Positions 1 through 7,848 of a stretch of 64,000 nt of DNA are shown piece by piece. Origin of the DNA: Candidatus Thorarchaeota archaeon (GTDB lineage: Archaea > Asgardarchaeota > Thorarchaeia > Thorarchaeales > Thorarchaeaceae). The notes beneath the pieces were generated by a model. That model had not been told where the DNA came from and did no database searches. It was given only the letters and a program-made list of their open reading frames with translations. Position 1 is the first letter of the stretch; every line of letters begins with the position of its first letter. The stretch spans positions 128,001 to 192,000 of the forward strand of contig RDOC01000004.1 of the NCBI GenBank assembly GCA_011364985.1, given 5' to 3'. Both the position numbers and the translations under genes were made by a program.

Positions 1-360
1 CAAGAAGCCAATAGCCGTGGTTGTGCTGCTTTCTGTCATAAATCCGACATTTCCGCGATTAACACAGAACAAAGGCGTTTCACGGTCCGCAAGCTTTGAT
101 AGAGTATAGAGAATCGTTCCATCTCCCCCAATTGTAATGACAAAATCGACATCCATATCTTCAATCAGAGTGGGGGTGGTACGTGGATGAGCCGCGTGAC
201 ACGAACCTTTGTCAACCAGAACTTCCATCTTATTAGCAACGAGGAACTCCGCAATTCGGTCTGCATTGCGTTCAATTTCTGGTCGGCCCGGTTTGCAAAC
301 TAAGCCAACAGCTCTACGGTCTGATAGAATTTGCGGATTTGTTTCTATCAACGCTTGCAC
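1..360 (-). CDS. nadK: NAD(+) kinase, 5' part (runs off the window start)
   Basis: Manual translation from GTG at 360: VQALIETNPQ...DVDFVITIGGDGTILYTLSKLADRETPLFCVNRGNVGFMTE, with the GGDGT and NxGxxGF motifs; not in the ORF track. Confidence 0.9.
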   Translation of the reverse strand, partial: MQALIETNPQILSDRRAVGLVCKPGRPEIERNADRIAEFLVANKMEVLVDKGSCHAAHPRTTPTLIEDMDVDFVITIGGDGTILYTLSKLADRETPLFCVNRGNVGFMTESSTTTAIGFL

Positions 361-485
361 ATCCGCTCACGTTCTCGCCAAATCCCCCTTTTACTCTTGT
401 CATTCTGAGAATAGGGACTTCCCGTAAAGTATTTAGATAGAACAGAAGGTAACGGTGGATTGGCCTTTAATACGTGGTGATAGTC

Positions 486-884
486 GTGAGCATTCAAAGG
501 AAAGTTGTAAAGACCCTGAAACCTGGTAGCTACTTCATGATTGACGAGGAACCATGCCGAATCGTTTCCATCGAGAAGTCAAAGCCAGGAAAACACGGCG
601 CTGCTAAGGCCAACATTGTGGCAATTGGGCTTTTCGACGATAGAAAACGAAATGTGATCTACCCTGCTGACAGACAGGTTGATGTTCCAGTGATTGACAA
701 AAGGAGTGCAACCGTAATAGCTGATATGGGTGAATCCCTTAGCATGATGGATATCGAGTCCTATGAAACCTACGAAATCCCGCGTCCTACTGATGAAGAG
801 ATTGCCTCCAAGATTCAACTCAATGTGGAGGTTGAGATCTGGGAGGTTATGGGCATCAAGAAAATCATGCGTGTAAAATCCTAG
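486..884 (+). CDS. eif5a: translation factor aIF5A/eIF5A
   Basis: SKPGKHGAAKA hypusine motif; probable start is GTG 486 (ORF track starts at 474). Confidence 0.95.
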   Translation: MSIQRKVVKTLKPGSYFMIDEEPCRIVSIEKSKPGKHGAAKANIVAIGLFDDRKRNVIYPADRQVDVPVIDKRSATVIADMGESLSMMDIESYETYEIPRPTDEEIASKIQLNVEVEIWEVMGIKKIMRVKS

Positions 885-973
885 TGCTTCTGGCGCCTTT
901 ATGGTATGCTGCAAACAGGTATACCATCTATTTATCAACGGGATAGAAGATAAGTCCTCATGAGGCTGGCTTA

Positions 974-1414
974 ATGGCTCCTTCAGAGAAGATTGACAAG
1001 TATGACCGCAAAATCATCGAGCTTCTGTCGGAGGATGCACGCAGTTCGCTTAGAGACATAGGCAAGAAAGTGAAGCTGAGTGCGAGCTCCGTACGGAATC
1101 GAATGGCGCGCTTGGTGGAGATAGGTGTAATAAAATCATATACGCTCGATGTGGATTGGAGAAAAGTGGGGTATGACATACAGGTCTTGCTCTTAATCTC
1201 ATCATGGAGTAGCTCGGTAAAGGAGATTTACAATACGCTTATAGAACAGGATGAAATTCTGCAGGTATTCTGGACCTCAGGTCCTGCTAACCTTGTTTGC
1301 CTGCTTCGAGTGCGAGACATGAATGAGCTCTCACAATTCATCACCGAAAAGCTCGATCGGATTAGAGGTATACAAAAAGTGGAAACGATGTTCTTAATGC
1401 CAAGTCCACACTAG
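974..1414 (+). CDS. Lrp/AsnC family transcriptional regulator
   Basis: IDKYDRKIIELLSEDARSSLRDIGKKVKLS HTH followed by a RAM domain. Confidence 0.92.
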   Translation: MAPSEKIDKYDRKIIELLSEDARSSLRDIGKKVKLSASSVRNRMARLVEIGVIKSYTLDVDWRKVGYDIQVLLLISSWSSSVKEIYNTLIEQDEILQVFWTSGPANLVCLLRVRDMNELSQFITEKLDRIRGIQKVETMFLMPSPH

Positions 1415-1469
1415 ATTGTCCTCTAATTCTTGCAAAACGACTGCGATGTGAACTTGTCAAACCACACAC

Positions 1470-2489
1470 TCAACTCGTTCTCTTTCCCGTGTCCCGAGAC
1501 CAAACCATAAGAACTAACATTGACAAAAAGCCTCCAATCAAAGAACCGAGCAAGGCGAATCCCATAGCATTTTGGAGAAAGGATGGAGGGGCAGTGTTGT
1601 TTGTTAATGTAGACCCGTTATGCGTGGTGGTTGTAGAAGTTGTCTGGGTTGTAGTGGTTGTCCATGTGGATGGTCCAGGAGGATGATACTCATTCAATAC
1701 AATGACACAAAGAAACCCAGCAGTTATTGGATCGCAATAGAAATTGCTTAGAAAAGCAGAAGAATAGGGGGGAGCAATGCTCCACGCCGTCAAATATCCA
1801 GTATCGTCTTCAGTGATATTTCGTCCCTCATCTGGACCAAACCATATGCAGTAATACTCGACATTTCTGGCCTTTGGGACTGAAATTCGACAGTCCAGTC
1901 TTGTAGAGGCATTGATAATATTGTGTCGATTAAAACCGAATCCAATCTGGAATTGATCAGGATAGTCACAGGTAACTCGTATGTTGTCAACGAAGAATAC
2001 GTCTACGGCTGTTTCTCCCGGAAGCGTTAGGTTGATCAAAGCGTTGTGGTAGTCGGTACGATTACTTTCATAGGATGGAAAATTTGGCGGGAGATGGATG
2101 GGCTCTGTCAGATTGGTGAGATCAATCTGTTCAAAATGGACCATTTCCCCAACAATTCTGGATGAAAAATTGGATATCAATGAAGGCCAAAGCACTGAAT
2201 ACCAGTTTGGTGTGTAGAGTAATAATACATTCTGGCTATCGCCATCCATATTGGTTAGCTTCAAGGCGCCTTCCACTTCTACTGTAAGCAGAACGTTTCC
2301 TATCGTTTCAATGGTCATATTGATTTCAACATCGGTCATCTTAGCTCCGGAATTTAATGTGATTATGCTTGGATAGCACGGTATAAAGCTAGGCGGAGCC
2401 ACAACTTCAACGACCGGAGTATTGGCAAATATGAGAAAGACCAACAGAAGAATTCCTATCATCTTTTGTATTCTCATGATACTTGCCAA
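1470..2489 (-). CDS. membrane-anchored cell-surface protein
   Basis: N-terminal signal peptide, many NxS/T sequons, Thr-rich linker, C-terminal TM helix and basic tail. Confidence 0.75.
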   Translation of the reverse strand: MASIMRIQKMIGILLLVFLIFANTPVVEVVAPPSFIPCYPSIITLNSGAKMTDVEINMTIETIGNVLLTVEVEGALKLTNMDGDSQNVLLLYTPNWYSVLWPSLISNFSSRIVGEMVHFEQIDLTNLTEPIHLPPNFPSYESNRTDYHNALINLTLPGETAVDVFFVDNIRVTCDYPDQFQIGFGFNRHNIINASTRLDCRISVPKARNVEYYCIWFGPDEGRNITEDDTGYLTAWSIAPPYSSAFLSNFYCDPITAGFLCVIVLNEYHPPGPSTWTTTTTQTTSTTTTHNGSTLTNNTAPPSFLQNAMGFALLGSLIGGFLSMLVLMVWSRDTGKRTS

Positions 2490-2549
2490 GATACTCTATG
2501 CATCATTTTCGTAATATTCTAATTCTTGAACACAGGAAAAGTAGGGAAA

Positions 2550-2667
2550 TGGTGCGGAGGGCGAGATTTGAACTCGCGATTCGGACGCCGAGTGGCAATC
2601 GCTCAGCGAACTCCTACGAGATAGGGATCTGAACCCTACGCCTTTGACCAGGCTTGGCAACCTCCGC
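2550..2667 (-). tRNA. tRNA-Leu(CAG) with a 30-nt insertion (possible non-canonical intron) at the variable arm/T-stem junction; CCA encoded
   Basis: GCGGAGG-TT-GCCAAGCCTGGTCAAAGGC-G-TAGGG-TTCAGAT-CCCTA-TCTCGTAGGAGTTC-[30 nt]-GCGAG-TTCAAAT-CTCGC-CCTCCGC-ACCA. Confidence 0.9.
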
Positions 2668-2739
2668 TTTGCTAGAGCCCAGTGAGTCACAGTTGTGATA
2701 TAATGCTTTTCCTGCCGCCGGTGTGACTAATGTTATTAC

Positions 2740-3513
2740 CTATGTTGGATACCCTATATTACGCACCCTGTTTCGCGATTCGATCATATCCTGCTTGAGG
2801 TGTTCCCAATTGCCAATCTGGTTCAAGACATCTTCTCTAGCGAGAGCTTCATTCACAGAGCCATCGTAAAGAACACTGCCGTTTCTAAGGACGAGCACCG
2901 AATCTGCCCAGTTCTCTAGAAAGAATCTGTTGTGGGTGGTATACAATACACTCATGTCTTCATTTCGGGGATCTTCGATAATCTTAACCAGGCGGCGAAC
3001 CATTGGAAAATCAATACCAGTAAAGGGCTCATCGAGGAATAGAATCCGTGGCCGCATAGCAACAACTCCGGCAAGAGCTACACGCTTAGCCTGACCGTGA
3101 CTCATCTGATTGACTGGCCGGTCTCTAAAATCAGACATCTGGACAATTCCCAACTCCGTTCTGATCCTTTCCTCGACCTCGTCTTCTGAGAGGCCTTGGT
3201 TCCGTGGTCCAAAAGCAACGTCTTCCCATACAGTTAGAGCAAAGAGCTGGTCATCTAGATTCTGAAACAGGAATCCTATTTCCTGTCGGACCTGCCATAG
3301 ATTTTTACGGGTACGAGCTCTATCAAATACATATATCTCACCTGCCTCAGGTTCAAGCAAACCAAGAATCAGTTTGAAGAGCGTTGTCTTTCCAGAGCCA
3401 TTCAACCCGACCAAGGCTTTCTACTCGCCTTGATGTAGCTGGAAACTCACGTCCTCGATAGAGAAGTCATCATAACTGAAGTACAGTCTGGTAATATCAA
3501 GTGCGCACGTCAA
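2740..3513 (-). pseudogene. cbiO: ECF/CbiO-type ABC ATPase with an in-frame TAG before Walker A
   Basis: TTG 3513 MTCALDITRLYFSYDDFSIEDVSFQLHQGE*KALVGLNGSGKT; stop at 3421-3423; ECF motifs FQNxDDQLF and DVAFGPxN, signature MSHGQ, FLDEP. Confidence 0.8.
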
Positions 3514-3950
3514 GCAAATAGCACCTCCAATGAAAATGGGATGAGCACGAAGATGACCCACAATAGGCCAAGAAGCAACAAGACAAGAAGCGTGTCAGCT
3601 CGTCTAAAGCCTGAGTCAGGCAACACCATTTGTCCATCAAAACCACGAATCTTCATTGACTCGTAGATAGCAATGCTCTAATCAAATGCACGATCTATAT
3701 TGGAGCCTATAAGAAACCCCAGCGATTTAATATGCTCCGTTCTGGTACCCCTCTCAAATCCACGGAGGCTTTGTGCATCTTGCATTCGCTGTCGTTCCTC
3801 AATGAACAAGGGAATGTATCTGAGCATGATTAAGAGCGAGCCCAAGATGGATCATGGAATTCGAAGGGTTCTCAATGCTCCCATGAACCCAGACAGAGTC
3901 ATATGAGATAGGACACTAATGAAGAGAAGCGGTGACGATGCAAGAGTATT
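3510..3950 (-). pseudogene. cbiQ: ECF T component (CbiQ/NikQ) remnant, 5'-truncated, two in-frame stops
   Basis: ...GALRTLRIP*SILGSLLIMLRYIPLFIEERQRMQDAQSLRGF...DRAFD*SIAIYESMKIRGF...; stops at 3852-3854 and 3678-3680. Confidence 0.8.
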
Positions 3951-3990
3951 AATATGTGCCACTTCTTGCGAAATCGTGTTACTATAGGAT

Positions 3991-4431
3991 GTGATTCGTG
4001 TCATGGTTTTGAAGAGATTCGGTGTCTCAGTACCAGAAGATATATTGAAGCGCTTTGACGAGCTTGTTGCGAAGAAGGGGTACATGGGTAGGTCTGAGGC
4101 ACTTCGAGATGCCATGCGCCTATTCCTATCACAACATGAGCTTGAAGAAAGTGATGTGGGGAATGTCGCAAGTCTTAGCATTGTTTACAAACACAACCCG
4201 CGCATTATGGCGGGTCTCATCAAAATGCAACACGATTCTATTGCAGATGTCATTTCCACATTACACGTCCATCTAACACCGTCGTATTGTCTTGAAGTCA
4301 CAACGCTCAAAGGATCGCGCGAAAGCATTCAGAGAATGGCTGACCAGATTGAAGGGCTATCTGGTGTTGAATATACTCGCCTCTTCACCTTTCCCTTGCC
4401 TGACGAGTCTACCGATCCCCATGAACATTGA
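3991..4431 (+). CDS. nikR: nickel-responsive regulator NikR
   Basis: RFGVSV...GYMGRSEALRDA ribbon-helix-helix; HVHL-x4-CLEV nickel ligands. Confidence 0.92.
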   Translation: MIRVMVLKRFGVSVPEDILKRFDELVAKKGYMGRSEALRDAMRLFLSQHELEESDVGNVASLSIVYKHNPRIMAGLIKMQHDSIADVISTLHVHLTPSYCLEVTTLKGSRESIQRMADQIEGLSGVEYTRLFTFPLPDESTDPHEH

Positions 4432-4510
4432 TAAACAGCGGACTTCAAAAGGGTCTTGCGCTGAAAGTCCCGTTCTTATTGCTTCGGTGGGCTTCATGAA
4501 TTGAATTGCT

Positions 4511-4756
4511 ATGTCCATTGATGATGAAGGCATCGGTCCTCCAAGTCTCTATACAAAACGGACCATTCTTTGGATGCTGATGACCTTTGTCCTTACTCCT
4601 TTCACTGCAGGACTGCTTGCCCAAATGGAATATATTCCCTTCACAGTCGAGATGGCGATGCTGAATGGCCTTATTGTTGCCTTTGTCTACGTCGGATTCA
4701 GAGTATGGAAAGTTAAATCTGCTACTAATCAAATCAGAACAGCAACAAGTGTTTGA
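4511..4756 (+). CDS. small 2-TM membrane protein
   Basis: 81-aa ORF with two hydrophobic helices. Confidence 0.6.
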   Translation: MSIDDEGIGPPSLYTKRTILWMLMTFVLTPFTAGLLAQMEYIPFTVEMAMLNGLIVAFVYVGFRVWKVKSATNQIRTATSV

Positions 4757-4854
4757 ACACTTCACAGGAAAGGGGATTCTGGATGATGGAACAGAACTGG
4801 CTGTAAATCGGTTTCTTGGCTCTGCAGAGGATGTTTACAATAGGTGGTGAGAAA

Positions 4855-4876
4855 TGGGGCCCGAAGGGGGAATCGA
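4855..4876 (-). pseudogene. 3' fragment of the disrupted original tRNA-His (T-loop to CCA)
   Basis: minus strand TCGATT-CCCCC-TTCGGGC-C-CCA; His discriminator C; pairs with the GCCCGAG acceptor strand of the 5' fragment at 13538. Confidence 0.8.
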
Positions 4877-4960
4877 GAATCAGACTCCCATTAGCTTGAG
4901 TTAGATTCTCCTTGTAAACAAACTTATCATCATATTTACATGTACTAAAATGATGATAAG
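4875..4960. repeat. two adjacent inverted repeats/hairpins at the boundary of the secondary insert
   Basis: GAGAATC(4875-4881)/GATTCTC(4904-4910) and perfect 11-bp CTTATCATCAT(4923-4933)/ATGATGATAAG(4950-4960). Confidence 0.75.
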
Positions 4961-4963
4961 AAA

Positions 4964-5194
4964 ATGGAGGCGGAATTGAAGGACATCTTGGAAAACGGAA
5001 AGGATTGGGAAAAAGCAAAAACGACTACCCCAGGACTATGGATTTGCAAAATGCCCGGAAAAGGCGACAACCCTCCGAGCCTTGTCATCATCATTAATCC
5101 AATTGAGAATATTAACCCGCCTACATCAAAGAAATTAGATAGAAGTAGATTCTTTGAAGTAACAATGTCAGTATATCGTTTCAACGATTCTTAA
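4964..5194 (+). CDS. hypothetical protein, probably a truncated member of a small archaeal 'GKDWE' family
   Basis: LKDILENGKDWEKAKTTTPGLWICKMPG...PSLVIIINP resembles a conserved archaeal hypothetical family (from memory); the C-terminus looks degenerate. Confidence 0.5.
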   Translation: MEAELKDILENGKDWEKAKTTTPGLWICKMPGKGDNPPSLVIIINPIENINPPTSKKLDRSRFFEVTMSVYRFNDS

Positions 5195-5304
5195 TGAGTA
5201 GTTTCGGCAATTTCGATACCACAGAGAAAAGAACTGACAGGTGGATAAGATGGATAAGCTAATAAGCCGCTGGCGAAAATCAGCTTCTTCGTTTGAGAAG
5301 CAAT

Positions 5305-5379
5305 GGCCCGAGTGGTGTACTGGCAGCATAAGAGATTGTGGCTCTCTTGAAACGGGTTCGATTCCCGTCTCGGGCCCCA
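5305..5379 (+). tRNA. tRNA-His(GUG), intact, G-1 and CCA encoded (replacement copy)
   Basis: G-GCCCGAG-TG-GTGT-ACTGGCA-GCAT-A-AGAGA-TTGTGGC-TCTCT-TGAA-ACGGG-TTCGATT-CCCGT-CTCGGGC-C-CCA. Confidence 0.96.
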
Positions 5380-5449
5380 TATTCCATCTCATCACGAGGC
5401 GTAGCAGTTTTTTGAGATAATGTCTTTTGTTATCCAGATGACATTAATA

Positions 5450-5540
5450 ATCCAACGATAGCAAAGGAGCCACAGCCGTTCATTTTCAATTGGACCTGAT
5501 TTTGCATCAGGCTGTCCCTCCAGGAACGGCACTGGATACT
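5450..5540 (-). ncRNA. candidate TnpB omegaRNA (3' scaffold plus guide)
   Basis: Overlaps the tnpB 3' end; GCCGTTC(5530-5524) pairs with GAACGGC(5481-5475) around hairpin CCTGAT-GCAAA-ATCAGG; ends in TGTGG followed by flank-derived CTCCTTTG...; 5' boundary unknown. Confidence 0.6.
5462..5469 (-). pseudogene. middle fragment of the disrupted tRNA-His (3' side of the anticodon stem)
   Basis: CTCCTTTG directly follows the element's right-end TGTGG; TCCTT pairs perfectly with AAGGA of the 5' fragment. Confidence 0.7.
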
Positions 5541-7672
5541 CTGTCTTGAACATGAATGATGTTTCGGGCTGCATTCACATCAGCATGGAAATGTTCGTCA
5601 CACAATGAACAATAGAAGTATTCTCCACCCCTTCTCTCGACGGTGGACTGCTCATCTGCAACACGAACACCACGCTCACCACATACATGGCAGGTCTGAG
5701 AAGTGAACCTTGGGTTCACTGTCCACACACTGTATGGTGAGTGTCCAAGTGACACTCGCATATATCTCACTGTGTCTATAATCTTCCCCCATAGATTCGA
5801 ACTTAGGTTGTACGACAGGTCCTTTGACCCACCATGAGCCTGAAAGCTCCTGAGATCCTCGAAGAAAATCTTCTTGACTCGATGCTCCTCACAGAACCAG
5901 ACGGTCTTTGATGCAATGATTCGGGCGATCTCACGGTCAAGACGACGGATCTTTCTCCATAGGGCTTTGATATGCCTGTCCTTCTTGAGGATGTGTTTTG
6001 GATATGACAGTCCTGATCGTTTGCGTCCCCAATTGTTCCTCTTCCTGTCTGTAACTGATTGCAGATCATAGGCCTGCTTTCTCAAGAACTCTCTCTTCTT
6101 CACAAGCTGGTCCACTCTCAACAGGAGTTCCCTGTATTCCTTCCCCTTCATCACCGAGAGCACCACGGGAACTCTAATTCCTCTGTCAACACCAGCCCTT
6201 GCTTCATACTCTCTTTCTCCAAGAACCTGCTGTATCAAGAAATCATCAGGAGCCAAGAAAGGAATCTGCAATGAAATTCTATTCCCCCTCAGAAGAAGTC
6301 GGGGAGGAGCGCTCCTCCTTGAACTCCTGAGTTCTGTGATCTTACTCTGAAGTTTGGTAGTTTCTTCTCCATCCTTACCCTTCTTCTGTTTCACTTTGTA
6401 GAGTCTGTGTGTCAGATGCTGTATCTCAATGGTGTTCATGAGCTGTTGATGCATATCTTCGAACATCGCCGCTCGAAACCTCAACCGCTGGGCACGATGA
6501 CAATCTCCATTGTCCTCTGCGTTCTGAGCCTTGGCTCCGTCTTTGATCGTGGCACTGGACATCCAATCCAGAAATCGAAAAGCCAAGGTCTTTCCCTTGT
6601 ACGGAGAACTCTCATGATGAGTGCCATTAATTCCTGGAGGGAGCTTGATGTGAAAGAGAATCTCATTCTTTCTCTCTGGGTCGACACTAAACCAGTACCC
6701 CTGTCCAGGCGAGTTCTCTGTACTTGCACTGAAATCCAGACTATGACTCCGAAGGCATGGAACAGAGAATAGGTATCCATTCTCTTTCCAAACCTCAAGT
6801 TTCCTTGCAGTAAGAAAGAGGATGCGTTCTTTCTCAGAAACAGAATCCTGAAGCAAGGATGCTACATACTTGCGTTGTCTTCCCCTCCATTGTATCTTGA
6901 CTCCTTGTTCCTCAAGAATGTGGTCATCCAGAGCTAGCCTGAGCTGTCTTAGGACTCCAAGGGAGTGATGAAAACCAGCCCCATCGTTCTTTGCTGAATC
7001 GCATGCATCTCTCACTCTGCGGATAAGATTGGAGGGAATATGCTTTCTTCTCAGAAGTTGAAGTGCATCAGCAGCAGACTCGCTTAGCACCTTGATCGCT
7101 GCATTGAAGAGCTGCCTTCGTGTCCAGTCTGCCAGAAGTGTACGTCCAGCGTGCTCAAGGGCATTGCGATAGAGTCGCTCAAAGCATAATGCCTGAATTT
7201 CCTCGTTCTGCTGGTAATTCAAATCCCTCATCTTCCTGAGAAGGGTATAAGCTCGCCCCCTGTATTCGGATAGTTGCTGACCAAGTGACTGCACACGGTC
7301 ATTATCCTTGTATATTCTTGCAAGCATGAGATTCACTACTTGGACATAGTTGTCAAAGAGAGAACCAAGAAGCTGCAAGTCAACCTCGTCCGCTTTCTTC
7401 CCAGAGCGCTTGGGTATCAGCGTAAATATCTCTTGATTTGGTTTTCTTGATGAAGAAAAGAAGGGGTCAGGTCTTCGATTTCTCCTCCTCTTTGCAATAA
7501 CTCTGTCAACAGAGTTCAGAACAAACGACTCGACAAGATAGGATTTCGATGGGGGTATTATAAAGTTGCCATCAATTTTCTCTTGCTTCTTCTGAGTTTG
7601 AGTGACAGAACCAGATTTCTGCTTCCAGTGATGGCGCTGGATTTCTTGCTTCATCATATGTTCCTGAGTCAT
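5507..7672 (-). CDS. tnpB: large TnpB/Cas12f-like RNA-guided RuvC endonuclease (721 aa)
   Basis: RuvC-I AGVDRG, RuvC-II FFEDL, NPRFTSQTCHVC...CSLC zinc finger, RuvC-III HADVNAARNI. Confidence 0.9.
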   Translation of the reverse strand: MTQEHMMKQEIQRHHWKQKSGSVTQTQKKQEKIDGNFIIPPSKSYLVESFVLNSVDRVIAKRRRNRRPDPFFSSSRKPNQEIFTLIPKRSGKKADEVDLQLLGSLFDNYVQVVNLMLARIYKDNDRVQSLGQQLSEYRGRAYTLLRKMRDLNYQQNEEIQALCFERLYRNALEHAGRTLLADWTRRQLFNAAIKVLSESAADALQLLRRKHIPSNLIRRVRDACDSAKNDGAGFHHSLGVLRQLRLALDDHILEEQGVKIQWRGRQRKYVASLLQDSVSEKERILFLTARKLEVWKENGYLFSVPCLRSHSLDFSASTENSPGQGYWFSVDPERKNEILFHIKLPPGINGTHHESSPYKGKTLAFRFLDWMSSATIKDGAKAQNAEDNGDCHRAQRLRFRAAMFEDMHQQLMNTIEIQHLTHRLYKVKQKKGKDGEETTKLQSKITELRSSRRSAPPRLLLRGNRISLQIPFLAPDDFLIQQVLGEREYEARAGVDRGIRVPVVLSVMKGKEYRELLLRVDQLVKKREFLRKQAYDLQSVTDRKRNNWGRKRSGLSYPKHILKKDRHIKALWRKIRRLDREIARIIASKTVWFCEEHRVKKIFFEDLRSFQAHGGSKDLSYNLSSNLWGKIIDTVRYMRVSLGHSPYSVWTVNPRFTSQTCHVCGERGVRVADEQSTVERRGGEYFYCSLCDEHFHADVNAARNIIHVQDRVSSAVPGGTA

Positions 7673-7679
7673 TGTTCTT

Positions 7680-7845
7680 CATCAGCAATATTAACTCAGA
7701 GTATTATAAAGTTATCAAGATTACTAATTTATTGTCTCTTATTTTTTCTAAAAAAGGGATATAAAGGCTTATAATTGAATTATATGTTATTTTGTTTACT
7801 AACGAAATTTAATTACATGTATGTCGTAGTGTTTTCTAAGGTATC
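7680..7845. promoter_or_regulatory. very AT-rich divergent promoter region between tnpB and the giant nuclease gene
   Basis: AT-rich tract with several TATA-like boxes (TTATAAA, GATATAAA, TTTATAA, TTATAT). Confidence 0.55.
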
Positions 7846-7848
7846 CCC

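Noticed and set aside
209-427. Short ORF-track entries antisense to or overlapping real genes (e.g. 209-427, 579-938, 2496-2690, 5168-5395 and many others)
   Set aside because: Shadow ORFs over nadK, eif5a, the tRNAs and other well-supported genes, with no recognisable motifs
1620-1665. GTG/GTT-rich low-complexity repeat
   Set aside because: It simply encodes the Thr-rich linker of the surface protein
3421-3854. Pyrrolysine/selenocysteine read-through of the TAG/TGA stops in cbiO/cbiQ
   Set aside because: Mixed stop types at non-catalytic positions plus a 5' truncation indicate decay, not recoding
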